Part shown: positions 8,409-16,034 of the stretch, one piece after another
How the letters are laid out: each line of letters starts with the position of its first letter
Numbering within the stretch: position 1 is the first letter of the stretch
Sequence record: OR088902.1
Source of the DNA: Serratia phage 92A1
Reading direction: 5' to 3' (one strand)
Length of the DNA stretch: 24,000 nt
Position numbers and translations under genes: made by a program
The notes under the pieces: model-generated
What the model was told of the DNA's origin: nothing
The model's input: only the letters and a program-made list of their open reading frames with translations
Database searches by the model: none

Positions 8409-9708
8409 AATAAACGTTTCTCCGGGCACGAGTCGCACCCACATACAAAAGTTGTTGGGCCATTTCAGCATCAGCATTATGGATGCATGGCGTATAAAGG
8501 AAAGTGTTATCCATAGAGACACCTTGTGCCTTATGAATAGTACTAGCCGGTAGTGCCTTTATCTTAACAAACTTATTCTTAGCGTCCCAGAAATCAGCCC
8601 AATATGCTTTACCATTTCCTGATTTGTATTCGCCTGCGGCTTTACCTAAGAACATTTCAAATCGAGTGCGTTGTTCTGGGTCAGCAATAACGTTAATCCA
8701 AGTCTTAGTGCCTTCGTTGTCTTCATCAATGCTCTCTACTTCTAGCTTGTAATACTTGATGGTAACATTGCCTACGTTACGACACATCAAAGGAGTCTCG
8801 GCAGGCTGAATCCTGTGTATACGAACGTTTTCGCCATTGTTGAAGATGATTTCTTTAAATTGCTTACCTTCAAACTTAATATTAAGCATCAAAGGCTCTT
8901 GCATTACTAAGACTTCACCTACGATAAATGGCTCATCAGTTTTGTACAGATTACGTCTAACAATTTGATTCAAACGATCAACTGACTTATTAGTGAAAGC
9001 CAAAATACGGTTTTCAAACAGGTCTTCAGCGGTTTTAACCTTTCTGAAGAAATTAATCATAAAGTCTTTAATCGCATTACCACCAACAAATTGGTGTACA
9101 CCTTCGCCATCTTCAACGTAAGGGTGAATCCAATTGCCCTTACGAATGTCAGTCGCCACAGTAATAATAGGAGCATTAGAACGCATTACTTCATCTAGTT
9201 CATGTTGTTCGAATCTAGGATCAGTAAAGAAGCGACTTATTTGAGGAGTAAATTCACCAGGAGTAACAGGTCGAAGTTGATACAAATCACCAAGACCAAC
9301 CACTGTGCACCATGAAGGCATACTGTTCAGAATAATATCGAACAGCTTGTTATCGTACATAGAAGCTTCATCACAAACTAGAACTCGACACTTAGACATG
9401 TCTGGGATTTCACGTTGTTCAAAGATTTGGTTTTCTTCGTATGTAGTTGGGTTAATCTTCATGAGGCTATGAATGGTATTAGACTCAAAGCCTGAAAGCT
9501 TGGATAATACCTTTTTAGCTTGGTGCGTTGGTGCCGCTAAATTTATCCCTGAAATGCCTTCGCTCACAGCCCAGTTCAACATGGTTTTGGTCAGAGTAGT
9601 CTTACCTGTACCTGCTGCACCACGGATAGTAATTTTAGCGCCAGTTGTATTGACAGCTTTTTTAAAAGCAGAAAAGGCCGAATCCTGGCCTTGAGTTAAT
9701 TTGATCAT
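8401..9708 (-). CDS. dda: Dda-like DNA helicase (SF1)
   Basis: Walker A 'IRGAAGTGKTTLT', 'VLVCDEASM', 'VGLGDLYQLRPV', 'STIHKAQGVSMDNTF' and 'LLYVGATRARRNVY'. Confidence 0.93.
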   Translation of the reverse strand: MIKLTQGQDSAFSAFKKAVNTTGAKITIRGAAGTGKTTLTKTMLNWAVSEGISGINLAAPTHQAKKVLSKLSGFESNTIHSLMKINPTTYEENQIFEQREIPDMSKCRVLVCDEASMYDNKLFDIILNSMPSWCTVVGLGDLYQLRPVTPGEFTPQISRFFTDPRFEQHELDEVMRSNAPIITVATDIRKGNWIHPYVEDGEGVHQFVGGNAIKDFMINFFRKVKTAEDLFENRILAFTNKSVDRLNQIVRRNLYKTDEPFIVGEVLVMQEPLMLNIKFEGKQFKEIIFNNGENVRIHRIQPAETPLMCRNVGNVTIKYYKLEVESIDEDNEGTKTWINVIADPEQRTRFEMFLGKAAGEYKSGNGKAYWADFWDAKNKFVKIKALPASTIHKAQGVSMDNTFLYTPCIHNADAEMAQQLLYVGATRARRNVYYV

Positions 9709-9986
9709 AATACGATGCGCCCTTTCTTAACGAATGCAGTATTGAATTCTCTCATCACACGAGGTCGATTAGGTAATGCACGCGGAGTTTGCACCACATA
9801 CTTTTTGCCATACCAAGTGTGTTTAGTCTCACGTTCAGGAGCTAAGAGCCAAGACAAGTTCAGTTTATGTTCTTGTAGTGCTTCTTCTGCTTGAGCATGA
9901 GATTCAAATACTAATACGTTTTTAAAGGTTACATCGACACATGGTAATACAAACCCATCAGAGTCTTTATAACACACTATGTACAT
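9705..9986 (-). CDS. hypothetical protein (93 aa)
   Basis: ORF coupled to dda by 4-nt overlap. Confidence 0.65.
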   Translation of the reverse strand: MYIVCYKDSDGFVLPCVDVTFKNVLVFESHAQAEEALQEHKLNLSWLLAPERETKHTWYGKKYVVQTPRALPNRPRVMREFNTAFVKKGRIVL

Positions 9987-9992
9987 AATACC

Positions 9993-10700
9993 TCACTTCA
10001 AGTTCTTATTAATCGGAAATCCCTTACAAATATTATACTTCTGACAAGCGTTCATAGCTGTGAATTGAATCATGCCTCCAATGAGTTTTCGAAGAACTTT
10101 AGTACTAGCTTGCTCAGAACTAACTTTTGCATGGTAAGCAATACTAGTATACTTCATTTTTCGTTTAGCATCTTCAACTTTATTCTTAAGTGTTTGTTCT
10201 TGAACGTTTATACGCAATAACAAATCTGCAAAACGATTTGCACGAGTATGAATTGACATATAGTTTTTAGTGTGAATGTCTTCTAAAGCTTTTTTAGCTT
10301 TATTGATAGATGAACGACAGTCAGAAATAACTCTTAAAGCACCTTGTTGACGCATTTGATAATATGAATGTTCAAATGATGCACTGCGATGCTTTTTAAA
10401 GAATTCTTTTTCGCATACCAAGACAATCAAGTCTGATAGCTCAAAGTCACTACGTGCTTTATTGTAACACTCTGTGACAGCTATGACGTTGCCCATGACA
10501 TAACCTTTTGAGTTATCAATACGTTCAAACGACCGATGCATTCTTGAACCAGCGATAAACGCATTACCAGAATAAGCACAGCGAGACTGAGACATCAAGT
10601 TAGCAACATATGCTGTACTCAGGTTAAACTCTAAGCCGCGACTTAATGCAGATTTCTTAGTACTAGAACGTTTAGAATCAACTTTATGTTTGAACGACAT
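9993..10700 (-). CDS. HNH-like (degenerate?) endonuclease-related protein
   Basis: 'RCAYSGNAFIAGSRMHRSFERIDNSKGYVMGNVIAVTECYNKARSDF' resembles the HNH subtype with S-x-(D/E)-RID-x-x-x-GY-x-x-GNV-x-x-(V)-x-x-x-x-N-x-x(K/R). Has its own promoter. Confidence 0.55.
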   Translation of the reverse strand: MSFKHKVDSKRSSTKKSALSRGLEFNLSTAYVANLMSQSRCAYSGNAFIAGSRMHRSFERIDNSKGYVMGNVIAVTECYNKARSDFELSDLIVLVCEKEFFKKHRSASFEHSYYQMRQQGALRVISDCRSSINKAKKALEDIHTKNYMSIHTRANRFADLLLRINVQEQTLKNKVEDAKRKMKYTSIAYHAKVSSEQASTKVLRKLIGGMIQFTAMNACQKYNICKGFPINKNLK

Positions 10701-10728
10701 TTTAATACTCCTCTGTAAGTGTAGGAGT

Positions 10729-10758
10729 ATCTTATCATGTGCTTTACCCGTTGTAAAC
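10729..10758 (-). promoter_or_regulatory. early-type promoter GTTTAC-N18-TAAGAT
   Basis: Minus strand GTTTACAACGGGTAAAGCACATGATAAGAT. Overlaps the end of the upstream ADP-ribosyltransferase-like ORF. Confidence 0.75.
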
Positions 10759-11319
10759 CTCTAATTCATAGTATCTGTACGAATCAGGCGCTTCATCCCA
10801 AGATTCACAGGTTCCGAGGAACCTAGGCTTTTCGGTCCAGCCTTTAATAATGAACTTCTGACCACTTGGAAACATATGCTCATTTTCGTCAGAAAGCATA
10901 TCAAGAAGTTCATCTCGATCTTTGTCCGGCTTTCCTATCAATGCATCGCCATAGAACTCACAATCAGGCGCCATAGCCAAGATCTTACGCATCAACTCAT
11001 AGTACTTAAATGTGCTAGGCTTATTGATTATTTCAGCGACACAATATGTCTCATAGTGCCAGCGGCCAGAAAACATTTCTGCGGTGCATGGGAATTCAGT
11101 AAAACTAGTGACGCCATCAAACTGGATAACGTCGCCAGGAACAGCTTCATAAAGAACATTCAAATTTAGCTCACTGAGGCCACGATACAAAGGATACTCA
11201 AATTCTTTAAGCCTTGGTTTAATGATGCAAGACAAATTATCTTGAAATTCTGAATCATCATAAGGCTTATCATTTAAACAGCGCCACAAGACACTTTGTT
11301 CATACTCAGTGAGTTCCAT
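10744..11319 (-). CDS. putative Alt/ModA/ModB-type mono-ADP-ribosyltransferase
   Basis: 191 aa. R-S-E class pattern: 'YPLYRGL' (R), 'GDVIQFDGVTSFTEF' (STS-like), 'DENEHMFPSGQKFIIKG' (E-x-E followed by hydrophobic-P-x-G-x-K-F). Position upstream of dda matches T4 modA/modB. Confidence 0.65.
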   Translation of the reverse strand: MELTEYEQSVLWRCLNDKPYDDSEFQDNLSCIIKPRLKEFEYPLYRGLSELNLNVLYEAVPGDVIQFDGVTSFTEFPCTAEMFSGRWHYETYCVAEIINKPSTFKYYELMRKILAMAPDCEFYGDALIGKPDKDRDELLDMLSDENEHMFPSGQKFIIKGWTEKPRFLGTCESWDEAPDSYRYYELEVYNG

Positions 11320-11320
11320 A

Positions 11321-11608
11321 TTAGGCTCCGCGATACAGAGAAGTCAGTGCTGGGACTTTGCCTTCTAAAGTGAGACGAAGGCTTTGGATATTAATTAGTT
11401 CTGCGACGATCTCGAACAGATAATAAAAGGTCTTAGAATCAACAGGATCGCCATTCAAGTACATTGTAGAAGAACCTTTTGGGAATACAATTTTAGCGGG
11501 TTGTTTTGCTAGTTGAACACCCATAAAGCTATGAGTAATGGTCCCGTCCATAGTGACAAAACCATCGTTATACATCCGGGCCATTGAAACTTGCAAGTTG
11601 CTTTTCAT
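11321..11608 (-). CDS. hypothetical protein (95 aa)
   Basis: ORF adjacent to the ART-like gene, consistent gene packing. Confidence 0.6.
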   Translation of the reverse strand: MKSNLQVSMARMYNDGFVTMDGTITHSFMGVQLAKQPAKIVFPKGSSTMYLNGDPVDSKTFYYLFEIVAELINIQSLRLTLEGKVPALTSLYRGA

Positions 11609-11873
11609 AATCTTTTATCTCACGTAGTAAATCAATATATTGACGCATACGATAACCATAGGCACCGTATACACCTAGATCAAGGGCTTGCTCATATACA
11701 CTATCTGCAATATGCTTTTTGTAATCAATCACACGTTCCAGAGCTTCCCGAGTCACATGATCCTGAGTCGGAGTAATCTGAACTGCTGGATGACGCGATC
11801 GCTGCAAAAATTGTGACTGAGTTTGAGCTTCCAGGATTCGTCGTTCCAGGATTTCGTCTAATTTGTCTGTCAT
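11568..11873 (-). CDS. hypothetical protein (101 aa)
   Basis: ORF in consistent orientation. 41-nt overlap with the next gene leaves its true end/start uncertain. Confidence 0.5.
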   Translation of the reverse strand: MTDKLDEILERRILEAQTQSQFLQRSRHPAVQITPTQDHVTREALERVIDYKKHIADSVYEQALDLGVYGAYGYRMRQYIDLLREIKDYEKQLASFNGPDV

Positions 11874-11952
11874 CGTTTTGTACCGAAGTTTTAGGTTCTA
11901 AGGCGACCATGGACTCTTCTGGCTTAGATGAAAAGAACTCAATCAGTCTTGA

Positions 11953-12312
11953 TCATTTTTCATATACCTGTAGAACGTATTCAAATGGATTGTGCACTGT
12001 AGAGACAACAAAACCATAAGTGGCATCGATCTCTTCAGCATTAGCTTGTAGCCATTCTATACTCTTTCCAGGGTAAAGTAAACCAAAAGCTTCTTTGTAC
12101 AAATCATCTTGAGCCTTCATGTGGGCTTCAGTGATTTCGTCACGAACAGCATCGATACCAATGGAGTCATAACGACTCCCAGGAGAGACAACTGTTTTTC
12201 TTAGCTTTAACATAGGTACCTCTATAGGATTGCCGATTATTTCACCCAACATAATTTCAGGATGAAGAGAGGCCTTCTTAATGAAAGCCTCTAAACCTTT
12301 GTTAGTACCCAT
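11953..12312 (-). CDS. hypothetical protein (119 aa)
   Basis: ORF overlapping the start of the dCTPase-like gene by 11 nt. Confidence 0.65.
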   Translation of the reverse strand: MGTNKGLEAFIKKASLHPEIMLGEIIGNPIEVPMLKLRKTVVSPGSRYDSIGIDAVRDEITEAHMKAQDDLYKEAFGLLYPGKSIEWLQANAEEIDATYGFVVSTVHNPFEYVLQVYEK

Positions 12313-12820
12313 TGTCTTGTCGAGCGAAGTTTTCAGCGTTCTTCAAGAAATACAGTTTAAAGACTTCTTCAGCGTCCATACCAAGAGCCATGAACATATT
12401 CAAGATAAAATGCAAGATATCGATCATTTCGAATTTGATCTCGAGCTGGTCTTTATCTGACAGATCTTTAATGTATGTTTCTTGTTTAGCTACGTGATTG
12501 TTTTTCCAAGGTTTCCAAACAGCAGAAGCGTCTTTTTCACCGTTAGACATACCGCCAAGTGAAGTCAACAGTTCACGGAACTCGTCATCAATGTAGTCTT
12601 TCTGGTTACGCAGCCAATCAACGATATCACCAGCTTGTGCCAGTTCGTCTGGGTGCATATTAGTACCAGGCTTATCTAAAGCCAGACGAATCTGCAGAGA
12701 TTTCTGCATATCAAGCATAAGCTGAAGTGGATCATTCTGATTTTTCAGAACACCAATATAACGTGCTTCTGCTTTGTCTGCGCCTTCGATCAGTTGACTA
12801 CATTCGTTAAAGTGTGCCAT
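12302..12820 (-). CDS. 56: dimeric dUTPase/dCTPase-like pyrophosphatase (T4 gp56-like)
   Basis: All-alpha NTP-PPase pattern: 'LQLMLDMQKSLQIRL', 'DYIDDEFRELL', 'KFEMIDILHFILNMFMALGMDAEEVFKLYFLKNAENFARQDNGY'. Confidence 0.75.
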   Translation of the reverse strand: MAHFNECSQLIEGADKAEARYIGVLKNQNDPLQLMLDMQKSLQIRLALDKPGTNMHPDELAQAGDIVDWLRNQKDYIDDEFRELLTSLGGMSNGEKDASAVWKPWKNNHVAKQETYIKDLSDKDQLEIKFEMIDILHFILNMFMALGMDAEEVFKLYFLKNAENFARQDNGY

Positions 12821-13248
12821 TATTTCTTTCCTGTTTTAATACGAGAATTTGCCCACCAATCAGGTGAACGGATGTTTTTATAAGATAGATCATAATACCA
12901 TCCTAAAGACTTAAGCGTTTCATTAATATTATGAGACGAAACTTTAGGGCGCCAGACTTTATACGAAGGAGCATAGTACCCACGCACATTGGTAATTAAA
13001 CCTAGTTTTTTGAGACGACTAATTAGACCCCAAATAGGCCTATCAGTACATTTAGAGAGTTGAATCAAGTTCAATGTATTGTTGAACATACACGCTGTAA
13101 GTGTATTGATTAGTTCAATGTCTTCTTGTTCAGTCCATTTAAGACCGACTCGACAACCACTACATTCTTGATGCAAATTAGATTCGTGCTTCGCACGCCG
13201 CTGCGCGGATATTGCTAAAAATAATTCAAATCTTTCATTGTCAGTCAT
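12820..13248 (-). CDS. putative DNA-binding (HTH/Myb-SANT-like) small protein
   Basis: ORF 12820..13296. Start MTDNERFELF at 13248 has a good RBS (GAGGAGAAT). 'LKWTEQEDIELINTL...CTDRPIWGLISRLKKLGLI' resembles a W-T-x-x-E-D HTH. Confidence 0.45.
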   Translation of the reverse strand: MTDNERFELFLAISAQRRAKHESNLHQECSGCRVGLKWTEQEDIELINTLTACMFNNTLNLIQLSKCTDRPIWGLISRLKKLGLITNVRGYYAPSYKVWRPKVSSHNINETLKSLGWYYDLSYKNIRSPDWWANSRIKTGKK

Positions 13249-13313
13249 AATATTCTCCTCACCTAGACCTGAAACCATTATACATGAATATAACACATCC
13301 TTGTGTGAAGCGA

Positions 13314-14330
13314 TTAAACCTTACACCATGTCTTGAACCGAAGTTGAGCCATCAGCCCCGAAACAGTATTTTCTTTGATATATTCATTGATTTCTTTTAA
13401 GTCTGCATTTTCATTCATAAGCATATCGTTCACGTCTTTAGATTTCCATGGGGCTTTATCCCATAAGACGATCTTTTCACCAGAATCAATAAGCTTCTTC
13501 ATACGCTTAATTGTGTCTGGATGACGTGGTTCGTTATCCATAATGAAAGCTCGGTTACCACTGAATGGTAATGAAGCCAAGTCAACAGAACCACCTGTTA
13601 TTGCTGCGCCGTTTTCGACGAACAATGAATCTATTGGTCCTTCCAAGAAGTAAACCATGGCACTGGGTTTGACGGTATCGAGCCCGTAAATCTTGGTAGA
13701 CTCTTCTGATGCCTTGATCGTAATATACTTTTGAGGAGCATCTTTTCGAAGAGCTCGTCCTTGGAAACTTTCGATTTTTCCGTCTTTGTTGAAGATCGGG
13801 ATAACAAGTCTTGGTTCTTTGTTTTCATTTCTATACGTTCCTGGATTAACAGAGTTAACAAGCTTAGGCCACTCATATGTAAACCATAGTCTATTAAATT
13901 TATCGCTAGGAATCATCCTGGATCGCACGTATTTGATAATAGGATGATTATCCGGCAACTTATCTAAACGAGTACAACTTAAGAGCTCTGGAATTACTTC
14001 GACCTTTGGTGTAGCCTTTTCTTTTACTGGAGTCCTCTGAAAAGCCATAGACTCTTTACGTTTCTCCATCAGATAATCACGATACAAAGATTCATGATGA
14101 TCTTTCAGGTATGTATTGAACCATTGGCTATAATCACAGTTAAAACATTTAACACGAAGTGAATCTTTAAACGGATAACACCAGAATCGTGCTTTGTTCA
14201 TATCCGTCATTGAGTCTCCGCAGATAGGACAACGAGCATTCAACTTAAACGTTGAGCCATTGAGCTTTCTATATTTCAATAACGAACTAAAGACACGTTC
14301 TGCAAATTCTTGATCAACCCATGACGACAT
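13314..14330 (-). CDS. 61: DNA primase (T4 gp61-like)
   Basis: N-terminal zinc motif 'CPICGDSMTDMNKARFWCYPF...RVKCFNCDYS'; TOPRIM-like 'VYFLEGPIDSLFV' and 'AFIMDNEPRH'. Confidence 0.88.
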   Translation of the reverse strand: MSSWVDQEFAERVFSSLLKYRKLNGSTFKLNARCPICGDSMTDMNKARFWCYPFKDSLRVKCFNCDYSQWFNTYLKDHHESLYRDYLMEKRKESMAFQRTPVKEKATPKVEVIPELLSCTRLDKLPDNHPIIKYVRSRMIPSDKFNRLWFTYEWPKLVNSVNPGTYRNENKEPRLVIPIFNKDGKIESFQGRALRKDAPQKYITIKASEESTKIYGLDTVKPSAMVYFLEGPIDSLFVENGAAITGGSVDLASLPFSGNRAFIMDNEPRHPDTIKRMKKLIDSGEKIVLWDKAPWKSKDVNDMLMNENADLKEINEYIKENTVSGLMAQLRFKTWCKV

Positions 14331-14345
14331 ATATCCTCACTATAC

Positions 14346-14371
14346 AAAAATGGACCTTACGGCCCATTTTA
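14346..14371 (-). terminator. intrinsic terminator
   Basis: Minus strand AAAATGGGCC-GTAA-GGTCCATTTTTG. Pairing includes a G-U wobble that works only on the minus-strand transcript. Located right after the stop of 14372..14848. Confidence 0.7.
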
Positions 14372-14848
14372 TCACACTTTTTGAAGACGGCGCTTGACTT
14401 TACTTTTACGTTTGCCAAGTACTTTAAGTCCTTTGTTGACTATGGACCCAGTGGTAACACCTGATGCAATATTCTGAGTGCTTCCACCAGAATCGCCGGC
14501 TACCATCTCTTCGGTAATACATTTTAAGTCAGGAACGGCGTCAGTGATCTCTTTAACCTGAGATTCAGTGATACCATAACGTCCAGCAGTAGCGCTAAAG
14601 GCCGCCGCTAGAGAAGCCATACCTGCCAGGCCTGGAACTGTTGACATCATACGCTTCATTGATCGTACTGATGCATGGAACGGAGTATAAGCCAGTTTTT
14701 CTTCTGGTGTACTCGGGCGTTTAATTACGCCTCCACGGTCATTAATGATACCTGCTTTAAATGCAGTCCATTCCGTGAAATCCTTCTGCATCAGACGAAT
14801 AAACTTATACGCATATATCGTATCTGTTGCTCGTGTAATAATAGACAT
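14372..14848 (-). CDS. conserved-looking phage protein of unknown function
   Basis: 158 aa, with basic C-terminus 'GKRKSKVKRRLQKV'. Confidence 0.7.
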   Translation of the reverse strand: MSIITRATDTIYAYKFIRLMQKDFTEWTAFKAGIINDRGGVIKRPSTPEEKLAYTPFHASVRSMKRMMSTVPGLAGMASLAAAFSATAGRYGITESQVKEITDAVPDLKCITEEMVAGDSGGSTQNIASGVTTGSIVNKGLKVLGKRKSKVKRRLQKV

Positions 14849-14867
14849 AGGGTCTCCTTTTGTCTAT

Positions 14868-15170
14868 TTAGTTCCTTGCTTGATAAGAATAAACGATGAA
14901 CTGTTCCCACGACATAGGGTCTAAATTATCAAATGAAACATATCCTTCCAAGTACTGGCGACGAATATATTCACGAGCCATATTACGAGTGAACATAACT
15001 TCAATTAAGTCTTTGCGCGTTTTAAAATATTCCCTTTGGTCTGAAAATCTAAACTTACGACGTTGCCACCATGTTTTTGGCTTCATCGATTCAAATTCTT
15101 TCATCAATAACCGTTCAACTTCAACGGCTTCATGATAAACTTTAAGAGGAGAAATTATAGACTTATGCAT
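14868..15170 (-). CDS. hypothetical protein (about 100 aa)
   Basis: ORF 14868..15206. Start MHKSIISPLK at 15170 fits the 15163 neighbour better. Confidence 0.6.
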   Translation of the reverse strand: MHKSIISPLKVYHEAVEVERLLMKEFESMKPKTWWQRRKFRFSDQREYFKTRKDLIEVMFTRNMAREYIRRQYLEGYVSFDNLDPMSWEQFIVYSYQARN

Positions 15171-15549
15171 CTTTTTCCTCGACAAGATCAAGCTTAGCCT
15201 TAACATTATTAAGACCTGCGACCAAAGAGCTCATCATAGGGATATCTTTGATCTGGTCAATCAGATAACCCAATTCGGCTTTAGCAATAGTCAAGTCACT
15301 TGGTACTTCAATAATGCTCTCATTTTGAGCAATATAATTTTTGACTCTTCGATCAATCCATTCCAAGGTCTTTTGGTGACCCTCAATAAGATCACATTCA
15401 AAACTCTGTCCAGGCCAATTAAGATGCGTCAAGAAAACTTCATTAATTCGTTTACCATTTGGAGTATTAATGCAAGTACCATGGCCATAATAACGGCCAT
15501 TACGAGTAATAGAAAAAGAATTATCTTCATAAAGACTTAATTTGATCAT
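15163..15549 (-). CDS. hypothetical protein (128 aa)
   Basis: ORF in consistent orientation with short overlaps. Confidence 0.6.
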   Translation of the reverse strand: MIKLSLYEDNSFSITRNGRYYGHGTCINTPNGKRINEVFLTHLNWPGQSFECDLIEGHQKTLEWIDRRVKNYIAQNESIIEVPSDLTIAKAELGYLIDQIKDIPMMSSLVAGLNNVKAKLDLVEEKDA

Positions 15550-15722
15550 GGTTTAGTCCTTGACTGACGAACAGGGTTAGGGTGACGACAACAATCTTTA
15601 GAGTGTTCTAAAGTCACCGGGTTTCGAGTACAATTGCACATACCTTTGTCAGAGTCGTTTGCACTATCAATCAAAGCAAACCACTTTGTGACGAAGATCG
15701 GATGAATCGCTCCAGTAATCAT
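15546..15722 (-). CDS. small Cys-containing hypothetical protein (58 aa; not in supplied ORF track)
   Basis: Hand translation: MITGAIHPIFVTKWFALIDSANDSDKGMCNCTRNPVTLEHSKDCCRHPNPVRQSRTKP*. Exact 4-nt overlaps with both neighbours. Confidence 0.6.
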   Translation of the reverse strand: MITGAIHPIFVTKWFALIDSANDSDKGMCNCTRNPVTLEHSKDCCRHPNPVRQSRTKP

Positions 15723-15946
15723 TTTAATGCCTCACGAATCCAGAGAACAATTTCAGCAGCTTCATCGATACTGAAGTACAAGTGAGCTTTCAAAGTGTTA
15801 GACAGAGAAGACAAACGTTTTTCAGCGATACAGACTTTAACGATATCCAAGTCAAAGACTAGTGGTTCTTTGTAGCCTACTTTATCGATTGAAACGGTAT
15901 TATCTTTGATAATCGCCGTAGCTTTAGGAAAGCGTTTAAAGATCAT
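15719..15946 (-). CDS. hypothetical protein (75 aa)
   Basis: ORF preceded by promoter element 15977-16006. Confidence 0.6.
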   Translation of the reverse strand: MIFKRFPKATAIIKDNTVSIDKVGYKEPLVFDLDIVKVCIAEKRLSSLSNTLKAHLYFSIDEAAEIVLWIREALK

Positions 15947-15976
15947 TTTAATTCTCCAGTTCGTTAGTGTAGGAAC

Positions 15977-16006
15977 ATCTTATCACGTCTTAAAAGTGTT
16001 GTAAAC
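15977..16006 (-). promoter_or_regulatory. early-type promoter GTTTAC-N18-TAAGAT
   Basis: Minus strand GTTTACAACACTTTTAAGACGTGATAAGAT. Confidence 0.75.
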
Positions 16007-16010
16007 CCCG

Positions 16011-16033
16011 AAAGGGAGCGAAAGCTCCCTTCA
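16011..16033 (-). terminator. intrinsic terminator after gp41 helicase
   Basis: Minus strand AAGGGAGC-TTTC-GCTCCCTTTC, directly downstream of the helicase stop codon at 16035. Confidence 0.7.
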
Positions 16034-16034
16034 T

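Noticed and set aside
11725-11910. Minus-strand 61-aa ORF ending in Ser/Asp/Gly-rich sequence
   Set aside because: Overlaps the better-supported 11568-11873 ORF in another frame; low-complexity tail looks like an out-of-frame artefact.
11813-12019. Plus-strand 68-aa ORF spanning the 79-nt gap
   Set aside because: Antisense to flanking ORFs. No promoter or convincing RBS on the plus strand, and the whole window is minus-oriented.
13631-13876. Minus-strand 81-aa ORF within the primase gene
   Set aside because: Out-of-frame ORF nested in gp61 with no start signals.
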